64,000 bases of DNA, from NCBI GenBank assembly GCA_977018835.1, contig OZ361260.1, positions 2,728,001 to 2,792,000 of the forward strand, written 5' to 3'. Within the stretch, counting starts at the first letter, position 1; each line of letters begins with the position of its first letter. The notes under the pieces are model-generated. The model did not search any database, was not told where the DNA came from, and saw only the letters and a list, made by a program, of their open reading frames with translations. Source of the stretch: Minutocellus sp. GHC0000111. Taxonomy: Eukaryota. A program made the position numbers and the translations under genes. Below are positions 12,312-23,793 of this stretch, in pieces.

Positions 12312-13003
12312 GTGCCTACTATCGCCAAGGATCAGAGCGATCTGGGCAGAGAGGCAAAAGATAGGATTGTTAGCATCATCAAAGCTGCCAAGATTGCTCT
12401 AGGACCAACGGACTTGGAGGGAACGAAACCTGCGAAGCTGACCAGACTCATCAAAGCTTGCCCCGACGTCGCGACCCAATCCATAACTGAAACAAGAAAG
12501 CAACGAGCAAAGGTGATCAGTGACCTGGAGAAGGTAATGGAATTCCTCGAGCATTCGTGAGGGTCACCAAGGTCACCTCCAAGATGAGGAAGATCCCGAT
12601 GTACACCGAGACGAAGACGGGATCCCCTCCAACTCATCGGACTCCATCTCGCAATGATGATGGATCTCCTGCTTCTGGTCCTTTCAGTGATGCTGCAGCC
12701 GGTACCCCAGCCGCTGCCGCTCCCACTGCCGGTACCCCAGCCGCTGCAAAGTCCATCGCCAGTACCCCAGCCGCTGCTGATGGCTCTCCTGCTTCTAGTC
12801 CTTCCACTGATGCTGCAGCCGGTACCCCAGCCGCTGCCGCTCCCACTGCCGGTACCCAAGCCGCTGCCGCTCCCACTGCCGGTACCCAAGCCGCTGCCGC
12901 TCCCACGGCCGGTACCCCAGCCGCTGCCGCTTCCACTGCCGGTACCCCAGCCGCTGCCGCAATTGGCAACGACGACAATAATGCGGACAATACTGAAAAG
13001 TGA
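12312..13003 (+). CDS. Hypothetical protein with Ala/Thr/Pro repeat tail (probably one gene with a frameshift near 12557)
   Basis: Helical-looking ORF 12312-12560 overlaps ORF 12557-13003, which carries AGTPAAAAPT repeats. Confidence 0.35.
12658..12961 (+). repeat. 30-bp minisatellite (ggtaccccagccgctgccgctcccactgcc) with a 120-bp higher-order duplication
   Basis: About 8 units; block 'gatggatctcctgcttctggtcctttcagtgatgctgcagcc' at 12659 recurs with small changes at 12779. Confidence 0.95.
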
Positions 13004-13323
13004 TCCTCGGGATCATCGTCCAAGAACATGAATGCATATTTATATTGGTAACACTGTACTGTTTGAGCTGCTTGCCCGTCTGCGTAATATAAGTATGACT
13101 GATCGCATGAATATATATTAGAGACCTTCCAACAATAACATTACTAGTAGTAAGAAATCGGTAACAAGATTTGATGATTTAATGTTGCACTTTACTGTAG
13201 CCTCTCTCTCTATCTCCCCCCCCCTCTCTCTTTCTTTGGCCGAGTGATTTGTGCCCACTCGGCGGAGGTTTCATCACCACGATCCATAAACATCGCCAAA
13301 TCGTGATCCATAAGTTTGTCACG

Positions 13324-14223
13324 CTACAAAGGCTGACCATAGTCATCGCCACCGACAAGAGATGAGCCATTGTACTCATCGCCACTCTGAAACAAATCAC
13401 GGAGAAGAATAAACATGGGTGAGGATCGAGAAAACGTCTCGCTGTGGTCACGGTTCGCGAAGATATCATGCATGATCCGATATTGGTGCGCCGGAGACCC
13501 AGAAGTTTCATGCCGATGCTGGGAGTGAATAATGCCGCCAAACAATAAATTCGACCTGTGATACTCCATAATTACGCTCCGTAGCGAGGGGTGATCATAC
13601 CGGCACAAAAAATGCAAGAAAGAGCTGCCGGGAGACATAATGCGAGGACCAAATGCATCAGACTTGTAATGACAGGAACGAACATAATCCATGAGACAAG
13701 GATCCATGAGGTACCGACGATATTTTGTGGAAGATACTAACTCCTGAGAAGCTGACCAATTGATCTCATCAGACCGACGCTCAACAACAATACCAAACCT
13801 CGACGGCATGAAAAAGATTGAAAATATTTCGCATAGTAATTGTCGTATAAAGAATAGATCCCTACAAACAACCGAAAGTTCCGAATTCTCAAGCATAGTC
13901 TTCATCGTTCGTTGACACTCCAGCTGGGAGCTCCATACCGATGAAAAGGGCAGAGATAGATGCGATGGGACATAGGTGCTCTCCAACCAAGAAAAGAATC
14001 TCACGCAGCAAGATTGACGGAGAAGAAAAGATAAGACATCGCCAACGTCGGGTAAGTCATCGTCGGCCTCTTCACGAACGAAACCCGCACACTTGGCCAC
14101 AATCCGACGCGCCACCTCACGACCGACGTACGAGTCACTGTCGATAGCCTCGTCAATATGAATCACGGATGATAAGCAGCGGAACCTCGACAAGTCAGGA
14201 ACCGACGTGGGAGCATCAGACAT
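13324..14223 (-). CDS. Hypothetical protein
   Basis: ~300-aa open frame from ATG 14223 (MSDAPT...); no recognisable motif. Confidence 0.35.
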   Translation of the reverse strand: MSDAPTSVPDLSRFRCLSSVIHIDEAIDSDSYVGREVARRIVAKCAGFVREEADDDLPDVGDVLSFLLRQSCCVRFFSWLESTYVPSHLSLPFSSVWSSQLECQRTMKTMLENSELSVVCRDLFFIRQLLCEIFSIFFMPSRFGIVVERRSDEINWSASQELVSSTKYRRYLMDPCLMDYVRSCHYKSDAFGPRIMSPGSSFLHFLCRYDHPSLRSVIMEYHRSNLLFGGIIHSQHRHETSGSPAHQYRIMHDIFANRDHSETFSRSSPMFILLRDLFQSGDEYNGSSLVGGDDYGQPL

Positions 14224-14261
14224 GGCAACAACAACTTGCGCCCGAAACGAGACACGGATCA

Positions 14262-14303
14262 AATCAATTAGCGCGAAGCGCCTCGCGCAGCGAGCAATAG
14301 ATT
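14262..14303. other. Y-shaped twin GNA-triloop hairpin
   Basis: GCGC-GAA-GCGC (14271-14281) directly abuts CTCGC-GCA-GCGAG (14282-14294), inside an imperfect outer stem AATCAATT/AATAGATT. Confidence 0.7.
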
Positions 14304-14715
14304 GAAGAAAAAGAACGCAACCAGCACGAAGTGCACTAGCGCAGCGACAATAACGTGGAATACAAATCAGTACTCGCAGAGGCCGCCCGGGACATCTGTA
14401 AGCATCTATTCACCGGCAACAGCTAACAGCAACAATCGTGATACTCGTACACGCCTGTACTACAGAACACGGAAGACAGAAGACATCCCCCTGGTGCCGC
14501 GCACATTCACCACCACAACCACCCCCCGCGCGGGGCACCACTCGTCATGAAAGAGAGGAGGAAGAGCTCCTCATCTCAGCCTCGCTCAGCCAGGCTCGCT
14601 CGAGTAGGAATTCCTCTCTAGTCGTCGGGCCAACCATAGACCAGAGCCAGTACTGTACCATGAGGGTTTGAAGAGTAATCAGTGCCATCACTTTTGCGTT
14701 GGCCGATCGCTTGGG

Positions 14716-15950
14716 ATGGACAGTAGAGGGAGGCGGCGAGGAGCAGCAGCAGCCTCCTCGGTATCGGGGCATGACCCGATCCTTCGATGGCTCCTCGTCC
14801 TATGTGCCATCCTCGCCGTTGTCGATGTGTATTTCCACTTGAACATGCAGGCTGGATTGGATCAGCAGCAGCAGAATGATTGGCATCCAAGGAGACATAT
14901 TCGCGGTATTGGCAAAGAAACATCTGAGGCAGCAGTACCTGCCGATGGCCTACCGACACGACCACCGGTCAACCGAGTACCATCGGTACTGCCACCGATT
15001 GATATGGGAAATGACGAGTCCAATCGTATGCGAATGACTCTCCGACGGGCGGGCGTGATTGTCGACGACAAATTACAATCTGAGCTCCCGACGTGGCGCG
15101 AAATGACGTCGTTGTATGGACCTCAGCCCAACATCATTGGATTGGAACGATGCGAGGCATTCCGTCATTCCCTTGCCAAGCCAAGCGATGCCCTCATTGG
15201 ACCAGCGGGTTTGTTCAACACCGGGACAAACTTCCTCGAGCAGATGTTGTACCTGAATTGTCAGATACCAGATTCAACGATACCGACCAATGGAATGAGG
15301 AGAAATGTTCCCTGGGGCAAGCACACTCCGGCTAGTTGGAAGTTGCACTTCGAGGCTCAGGTAGATGGAGGAGTATCGCACACCGATACCTTGCCCATTA
15401 TCATGGTGAAGGACCCAATGACATGGATGCAATCCATGTGTCGACATCCCTATGCGGCACAATGGCAACATACACAGAAGCACTGCCCCAACTTGGTACC
15501 CAACGATTCCGATGAGGAGGCTGGGATTCGTGGACGTGGTCCTGAGAATGCCATTGAGGTGAGCATCCGATACAATGGCAACAAGGATGGCACTACGCAT
15601 CATGATTCTCTTGCAGATCTGTGGAACGATTGGTATGGGGCCTACTATGAGGCAGACTACCCCCGCCTCATTGTTCGCTATGAAGACTTGCTGTTTTACC
15701 CCGAGTTCGTTGTCACGAAAATTGCCAATGTGCCGGTGGTAAGATCAAGTTCGAGAACTTTCAATTCGAAACGAATCCAGCAAAGGGAGGAGCAGCTCAC
15801 GAAGGGTCATCGGGACTGGCCGAGGCAACAGTGAAATATGGCAAGGCGGAGAATCGCTTTGTTGGCTTCGATGCAAAAGACATATCGTACGCGGCAAACC
15901 ACTTGCGGCGTGATTTGATGCAAGCCTTTAAGTATTCCCCAATAAACTAA
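14716..15950 (+). CDS. Type II membrane sulfotransferase-like protein (diatom-expanded family); frameshift near 15720
   Basis: N-terminal TM segment; 'AGLFNTGTN', 'VPWGKH', 'KDPMTWMQSMCRHPY', 'VRYEDLL'; the frame shifts and ends at TAA 15948-15950. Confidence 0.7.
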
Positions 15951-16013
15951 CATGTAAATGTAGAACTAGTATCCAAATTATTCCATAGCATAGCAACAGC
16001 AGTAGGCGCTACA

Positions 16014-16553
16014 TCAAAGGCCAATCTTCTCGGAGTATTTGGCCAAACCTTCGTCACCGATGGGAATCTGACTAAAGGCTACCAAGGCAAGAATGATGCC
16101 CGCACCAATACCCAAAGTTTTCAATGTATCGCCCAGCCCCGGCTGGTCCTCGACAGATTCCTTCCACGCCTCACTCAGGAACTCTCCCGGAGGTGGCTCC
16201 TTGATGTTGGCCACTCGCTTGCGATACGCATTCATATCGAACCCATCTTCTGGCGCCATGGTGTCTGGTGGGAGTTCCTCATCTTCCTCAAGAGCACTGC
16301 TGGTAGCAGCAGCAACCGCGTCACCTTCGCTCGATCCTTCACCTCGAAGCTCAGCCAGTCTTTCCTCGAGTTCAGCAATCTCTCGCTCCTTGTCACCATC
16401 ATTCGATTGCTCCCGCAGTGCTGAGCTACCACTTCGTGTAACGAAGGATGCCGATTTCGTTCGGCTCGGCCTTGCTGGCACGACAAGTGGATGCGGCTGA
16501 AACGCCGACGAGCTGCTCACTGCAAAAAGCAGCAATTGGACGGCCCCAAGCAT
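16014..16553 (-). CDS. Plastid-targeted small membrane protein of unknown function
   Basis: Signal peptide ending 'SSSAF-QP', Ser/Arg-rich transit peptide, coiled coil, C-terminal TM helix. Confidence 0.7.
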   Translation of the reverse strand: MLGAVQLLLFAVSSSSAFQPHPLVVPARPSRTKSASFVTRSGSSALREQSNDGDKEREIAELEERLAELRGEGSSEGDAVAAATSSALEEDEELPPDTMAPEDGFDMNAYRKRVANIKEPPPGEFLSEAWKESVEDQPGLGDTLKTLGIGAGIILALVAFSQIPIGDEGLAKYSEKIGL

Positions 16554-16871
16554 TGTATATTCAAGCTGCATATTCAAAAGCAAATTAAATGGAGGGTATG
16601 GCAAGGAAGAGCTCGCTCGATTGTTCTGGTGCGTCGTTCCGCGTGTGGTGAGTGATGTGTTGGGCGGCCATGCCTGCTACGTACGTACTAGTACTAGCTA
16701 GTACCTACGTAGCTAGGTACGTAGTACGTAAAATGTGACGTGGTTGCACACTCAGCAATCGCCCTGACGCTGATTTTCACTGAGCAAGAGCGCCAAGAGG
16801 CATTGATGGCAGACCTTCTCTCCTCATATCCATCAGTAAAAGAACCAACGCAGATCAATTTACACCCTAGA

Positions 16872-17740
16872 ATGAAGATGACCAAGCTTAGCATTCTTGC
16901 CGCAGCCGTCCTCGCACCGACCGCTGTTGCGTTCGCCCCATCTGCCAGAACGAACACCCTTGCCCCCGCCCTTTCTCAGCAGACATTTGAGCCCGCACGA
17001 TATGTCGCATTGAACGCGGAGGGTGATGAGGAGGCTGTTGTGGACGCCCCGGCACCTGCCGCTGAGGTTGACGATCTGGCCAAGGCCGAGTCTCTTGGAC
17101 GGGGTGCTGCCAAGGTGAGGAGATTTTTTGGTCAAAAAGTTTAGTGCTGGAAAGTCCTTTGCAACATTTCGATCAACATTCAATTTTTTTCCATTGCAAA
17201 AATTATTCCAATTGCTCACATTCAATTATGTATACATTTATGCTCTCGCCTCATAAATACTCATTACAGACCAAAAGGGGAAAGCGCAAGGGTGGAGCTG
17301 CCGATGAAGCAGCCAAGGCCGCTCGCAAGAGTGCCGCTGCTCTTGCCCCCGAGGAGACCTTCTATGAGGGCCCTCCTGCCATCACTGAGACCATTGTTCC
17401 CACCGTATCGATCCTTACCGTTGTGGGCATCATCCCCGCCGCGGCCGCCTGGGCCCGACAGGCCTGGGTCCGTTACAAGATTACCACTCGCAGGGTTCGC
17501 GTTACCTCGGGCGTCGGTGGAAAGGACATGGCTGAGATTGTTTACCCCGATATCATTGAGCTTCGCACGGCCAAGCGTTTGTTCGGCGATGGTGATTTGG
17601 TCGCCTTCCTTCGCGATGGGGCCAAGTTCGAGATGCACAACATCCCCGACTTTGACAACACCATTGAGTTCATCTTGAAGCAGGTTGACAAGGACGTTGC
17701 CGCGGAATACAGACAGAAGGGAGATGTGACCAACCCGTAA
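16872..17740 (+). CDS. Plastid-targeted bacterial PH-domain (bPH_2/DUF304-like) membrane protein; intron 17115-17269
   Basis: 'AVAFAP' presequence; 'EETFYEGPP...RYKITTRRVRVTSG...EIVY...GDGDLV.FLRDGAKFE' resembles cyanobacterial PH-domain proteins; in-frame GT-AG intron. Confidence 0.75.
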
Positions 17741-17980
17741 AAAGTATTTTTCCGGATTTTGGCACTGCTAGATCTACATACATCACGTAAAACATCATGC
17801 GCTTGTATCATAAACTCTAAATATATTTTTGACCTGGCTAATTCGACAAGCAATGGAGTGTCTACGTTGTTGATTGGACTTTTTAAACAGTGCATTTGAA
17901 GATTTCTACGGCAATCTACGTACATGTAGCTTGATTGAGTAGGTGAACCTTTCCCTATTATTTATATCGATATATCCACC

Positions 17981-20028
17981 TTACATTCCCCCGGCATCAG
18001 CATCCGGCATCTTGCCCATCGACTTGCCGGCTCGCATCACTTCATCAACCAGCAGCAACTGATTGGCCAAGACGGTGGAAAGGTACAGGCACTGGCGCTT
18101 CACGCGAACGCAATCCCAAACTCCCTCGTCGGCGGGGATCATGGGATCACCAGACTGACAGTCAAGACCAACGGCCAGGGTACCGCCGCTCTCCTCCCGC
18201 TCATCGGTCAGCTTTAGGATGCAATCCTGCACATCAAAGCCAGAGTTTTCCGCCAATGTCTTGGGAATAACAAGAAGAGCCTCCGCGAAAGCCTCGACAC
18301 CGAGCTTGGCCCTGCCCTTGGTGGCCTTAGCCACCTCGTCGCGCAAATACATGGCAGCAGCAAGCTCGAAAGCACCAGCACCGGGTACGACAGCCTGTGC
18401 GGTGTGCATACATGTGTTTGGAAAAAATGTAGGATTGAGATACATGAAGCACGATGAAGAATAGCGATGGTAAAATAGTGATAACAAAAAGATTTCCCCG
18501 CACGTACCTTGTCTTCGACAGCGTTCTTGACAGCCCGCAGTCCGTCGCGGAGTCCATCCTTGATCTGGTCCATGGTGTGCTTGTTGGGTCCCCGCAACAG
18601 GAGGGTGCAGCTCTTGGGATGGCGGCACTCCTCGACAAAGGTGAACTTGTCCTCGCCAATGGTCACCTCACTGACCTTACCGGCGAAGCCGAGCTGGTTG
18701 GCGTCCATATCCTCGATGGAATGGATGGGAGAGCCACCGCAGGCCAGGGTCAGACGCTCCATGTTCCGTCTCTTGGCACGGCGGAGGCAGAGGATGCCCT
18801 CCTTGGCAAAGATGTCAAGGGAGAGGGGGTCAATACCCTTCTGATTGATCATAACGAACGACTCGCCCTCCTTGCAGACCGATCGCTTGAAATCGACGAC
18901 CGCACGGCACCGCTCGTCGAGCCACTTGCGCTCGGACTCCACGAGCTGCTCCCGCTCCTCGGCATTGGAGTAGAAGAAACCGGACTGGACCTCCGTCTTC
19001 TCGTACTCAAAGGTTACGTTGCACGTCATGATGTGGCAGTTGCGCAGCACCTTGGGCATGTCGGGATGACGTCCGCCGTGGTCGAGGACGAGGCCATTGA
19101 CGAAGCGCGAGTCGGTGCCCATCTTCTGCTCCATGTCCATGATCTCGATCCGATGCAGGTCGAGGGGCGCGTCCATGGCGCTGTTGTCCACATTGTCCAC
19201 GTCGTCGACGTCGCCTTCATCTCCCGCCTTCTGCTGCTCGGGGGCGATGCACTGGATGGCGTCCACCACGGCCTCAGTCATTTGCTCGGCCAGTTCGTGA
19301 TCGAGCTTGGTCTTGAGGGAGGTGGAGGCGATGCACCGGAGCAGGTCGCGGTCCTGGACGGCCGACTTGCCGTCCTCCCCGCCGATGGGGACCTTGAACT
19401 CGTCGAGGAATTCCAGGGTGGCATCGCGGGCGATGTCGTATCCGTCCGTGATGACGCGGGGGTGCAAGCCCTCGGAGGCGTATCGGTTGGCCTGCCGCAG
19501 GAGCTCGCCGCAGAGGAGGACGGTCGACGTGGTTCCGTCACCCGTGACGTCGTCCTGGATATTATTGAAGAGGATGAGGAATTAATGTTGGGTGAGTTAG
19601 TGAAGGATAAATTGATGGGCGACCGATACACAGTCCTATTATTGGGTAGCGCGTAGCCACCGATAACCCAATGCAATGATGCGACCTGCACCTCCTCCAG
19701 TACGGTAGGTCGCCAAGATACGAGCCATGTTATTTTTTTCCAAAACCAACAAACACACGGCACGGGCACTCACCTGCGCAGTGGCCGTCCTGGCAATCAT
19801 GCACGCGGTGGGGTGCTGGATCTGCATCTCGTGGAGGAGGACGTTGCCGTCCTTGGTCAGCTTGATCTGGCCGGCGCCGCCGACCAACATCTTGAGGGTG
19901 CCGCGGGGGCCGAGGTTGGTCTTGAGGACGTCCTGGAGGCCGCCGGCGGCGGCCACGTTGACCGCCCGGGCCTGGTCCTTGCTGACGATGTCGGCGTTGG
20001 GGGGGAGCTCCTGCAGTCGGGACGACAT
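17981..20028 (-). CDS. CCT6: T-complex protein 1 subunit zeta; introns 19773-19555 and 18507-18395
   Basis: '[32 protein letters not shown]', 'GDGTTS', '[12 protein letters not shown]', 'VVPGAGAFE', '[11 protein letters not shown]'. Confidence 0.97.
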
Positions 20029-20312
20029 GGTTGCTGGGGCGGGGTAACGATGGTATCGGCGCCAAAATTTTGAAGCGAGCGCCGAGCGCGAGCGAGCGAC
20101 GAGGCGACGAGGAGAGAAAATGAGACGGTCTGTCCGCCGTGATCCGCCGACCGCCGACTCGACTCTCTTTGAAAATGGAAGTCAAAACTTTCGAAATGTG
20201 TCACTGATCTGCAGCTCAACTCATGCTTGGTCCCGATTGCGGGAACCTCCGACGCGACCTGCCTGTGGCTGATGATTAGAGTGAACCGAACGGCCGCCCC
20301 ATCATAGCCACC

Positions 20313-20821
20313 ATGAGTTCCGCTTCAGACAAGATAATGTGAGTGCTTGTTTGTGTTTCTTTACCACTGAAATCACCCGACTTGCTTTCGTCGAGAATAG
20401 TGGGCATGCATTTCCTGACCCCTCCATCTCAACCTCCCTCCCTCCCTCCCTCCCCCCCAGTTGCGTCCGCTGCAAGAGGAAGAATGCAACCTTCTTCGTT
20501 CGGGCTAAAACCACCCAAACCATTGCCGAAGTCAAGCAGGAGATTAGCGATGCCCTGTCCTGCAGCAGCGATGACTCCTCACCTTCCTCTTCTCCCACCT
20601 CAGTATCACCCACAAAGATGAGGATCTACTCCTCCGACGCCAAGGAGGGGTCCCAACCTCTTCCCAACGAGGCAACTTTGGCCGATCACGAGATCGCCAA
20701 CGATGCTGTCCTGTACGTGGTATTTCGCAAGGCGGGCAAGGAGGACGTGGAGGATGCGACGGCCGATGCCGACGACGATTGTTGGGAGGCCATTGAGATT
20801 GAGACGGGGGAGATGGAGTAG
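20313..20821 (+). CDS. Small ubiquitin-like protein, Elongin B-like; intron 20339-20460
   Basis: Spliced 'MSSASDKIICVRCKRKNATFFVRAKTTQTIAEVKQEI...ATLADHEIANDAVLYVVFRK...WEAIEI' follows the Elongin B pattern. Confidence 0.65.
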
Positions 20822-21316
20822 TAGAGCTGAAAACTGAAACGCCGAATAGACGCTGGATACACGGTGCTCTGTTGGTCATTGCAACAAGAGATTTTCATCT
20901 CCGGGGATAACATACTATGTAGTAGATGTGGCGTTGCATTGGTGTGTGGTGCAGTGCGCGATGAGATGATTGGAAAATGATGATCGGAAAGATTATTCGT
21001 TTAGCGAGCCGCATGCATTAGAGCATAGAACTGTATGCACCGCGCCGTACATGATATCGAGAGAAAGCAAATGATAGCACCGATGAACTAGACGGAGGAT
21101 ATCCCAACCCAATCAATTCCCGCTCACAGCATAACTCACTATTTAACGTCACATTTCTATTGAGCGGGGTCATACCCCCTGCACCAGAATGAGCATCAAG
21201 TGAAAATGGACGTCATTTGATGGTCAAAGCCATCAAGCGACCCCGCCCCATCGCATCCATCATATCCATCAGTTGATGGTTGTTCCTTCGAATTCTTTCA
21301 TTGAGCGGTTCAATCA

Positions 21317-23460
21317 ATGAAAGATGGGTCTTCTCATTCGATACCTTGTGGCTTCGACAACGACGAGCGAATGGATCAACTACCACCAGCCCACCAAACT
21401 CACGACACCATCGACATCTTTCGTGGCAGTGCCAGCACGTCGGACATTGTGATGAGCGAGCAACAGGTGGACGACATGGTATTGGGAATCATCTCCAGAT
21501 CACCAAGTCTGCGCAACCTGAGGCTACGAACGCTGGATCATCATCATCATCATCATGGCCAGAAAATCAACAAGAGCAAAGATAGCAATCACCCTCAAAA
21601 AGTTGCCAGCAAAGAACGAATGACGAGGAATACCGATTCCATGTTGGAGGATGCCGTCATCGCTGGCAAGCTCAAGAGGCGTTTGTGGACCCGGCAGCAG
21701 GCTCATCGACGATCAATTGCCAACAGTGACTTATCGAATTTCATCGCCAAGAGTATAAGCGAGGGTTCTTTGGATGCCGTTGCCGCTGCCATGCCGACCG
21801 ATGGCAGCTTGGTCTTTGCGTGCAATGCGGCTCTTCAGACCTGTATGGAGGGCTACTTTGTCGACTTTGCCGATGCAGAGACTAGAGAAAAGGCCAAGAT
21901 TATATTCATGGAATGTCTCCGTCGAGAAGAGTATCACGAGAATGATATGATTTGTCGTCAGAATGAGGCCGGCGACAAGCTGTACATTGTCGAAGAGGGC
22001 ACCGTGGAGTTTGCCATTGGAGACTTTGTCGCTGGTACTGCCGAAGCGGGGACGCTCTTTGGAGAGCTATCTCTTGTATATGGAATCCCACGAACATCCA
22101 ACGTCAAGGTTATTACTCCCTGTGCCATCGTTTGGTCTTTGGATTCCCTATCCTTCTTGCGCCTTCAGGCTCTTGTTGCCAACGAGTCTCTCAAGGCCTC
22201 CAGTCACGACGTTCCCACCCACACTATGCCTCCACCACCTCCGTCACCGGCGACAGCGACATCACCCCCTACGAGTAGCGGCAACGGCAACGGCAACGAA
22301 TCCAGAGCAAGCCGATTGCAGAGTCTGAAGAAGCAACACAGTTCTCTTTCCGATATGCAGGAACGATCCAATCGCAACCTTTCTAGCCCAATCAAGATGA
22401 AGCAACTGAAGAAGGAAGCCATGGTTGGAAAGGGAACTTTTGGATCGGTCTTTCTGGTTTCGAGGGACGTGGCAGTGTCGGAGGAAGAAAGTGATGAGGA
22501 AGTTCGTGCAGTGAAGATAGCCAAGATGATCAGCAGGATCGGCAATACTACGGTCTCAAATGCATGTCCAAAGCATCCATCGTCCGAAGGGGCAATGAAA
22601 AACGAGTCCTGATCGAACGCAATGCCCTTCAGGCTGTCGACTCACCCTTTGTAGTGAATCTACTTTCAACGTATCAGGACGAAAACTGCATCTATTTCTT
22701 AACGGATTTCATCCAAGGAGGAACACTCATGACCTACATGATTGAGAAGGATGTTTTGAGCCATGCCGAGTGTACCTTCTTTGCCGCCAACATCCTCTCG
22801 GCGCTGGTACACATTCACAAGCGAGGTTTCGTTCACAGAGACGTCAAGCCAGAAAATTGTCTCATCGACAAGGACGGATATGTGAAATTATGCGACTTTG
22901 GCATGGCCAAACGCCTTCCATCAACTGTACAGCTGCCCAGTGGAAGCACCGAGGTGGTGACCCTAGCTTTTACCATGTGCGGTACGCCAGAATTCATGGC
23001 TCCCGAATTTGTCTTGTGTACTGGATACGACAAGGGCGTCGATCTATGGGCACTCGGTTGCATCTTGATGGAAATGTACACCGGCAAATCACCATTTGAA
23101 TTCGATGGAAATCTCAAAACGACCTTTCGAGAAGTTTGCATGATTGGAATGGGACGAAAGTCACTCGAGATTCCCCCGGAACTTGACAAGCCTGGGCTTG
23201 AAAGTGCCACGGCATTTGCCCAGGGCCTACTGACCTCGGCTTCCAAGCGCATTGGCCAAAGCGATACATCTAGCGTGCAGAATCACCGGTATTTTGACGG
23301 CATTGATTTTCATTTGCTACATTCCAGGGATATCGAGGCTGGCACCGACACATCACATTTCGCCAATGACTTGGACGACGATAGTAGCAATGACTGCGAG
23401 GGTGTAGAGCCAGAGGATGAAGAATACGATGGCGACGATGAGTGGTGTAGAGACTTTTGA
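21317..23460 (+). CDS. Cyclic-nucleotide-dependent (PKG/PKA-like) Ser/Thr kinase; frameshift near 22530
   Basis: cNMP-binding domain 'FGELSLVYGIPRTSNV'; kinase motifs 'GKGTFGSV', 'HRDVKPEN', 'DFG', 'CGTPEFMAPE', 'DLWALG'. Confidence 0.9.
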
Positions 23461-23793
23461 TGCCTCTGCTGTTTCCATTATTTACGGTATTTCATCTGGT
23501 GCGTCGGCCAGATTCATTGAATGAAAAGACGAGCAAATTATGTAGTCTTAACTGTAAGATATCTTGATGGTCCTTCCTTGTAATTTACAATGCATGTTTT
23601 AAAACACCACCCTAGCTAGATCAATGCTACATGTACCGGTTCATGTAGACCTGTTATCAGTAAAAGTACCGGTAGGAGGAAAGAGCAAGGGGGGTCATCA
23701 TCTCATGTCCCCCGGCGGCAGACTGATGGTGGCCAAAAAGTTCGAAGCGGGGCGCGCTCGCTCGCTAGCTCGGCCGGCAAAGTCCATTTCACG

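Noticed and set aside
12658..12961. CRISPR-like array
   Set aside because: Head-to-tail 30-bp coding minisatellite with no unique spacers, in a eukaryotic context.
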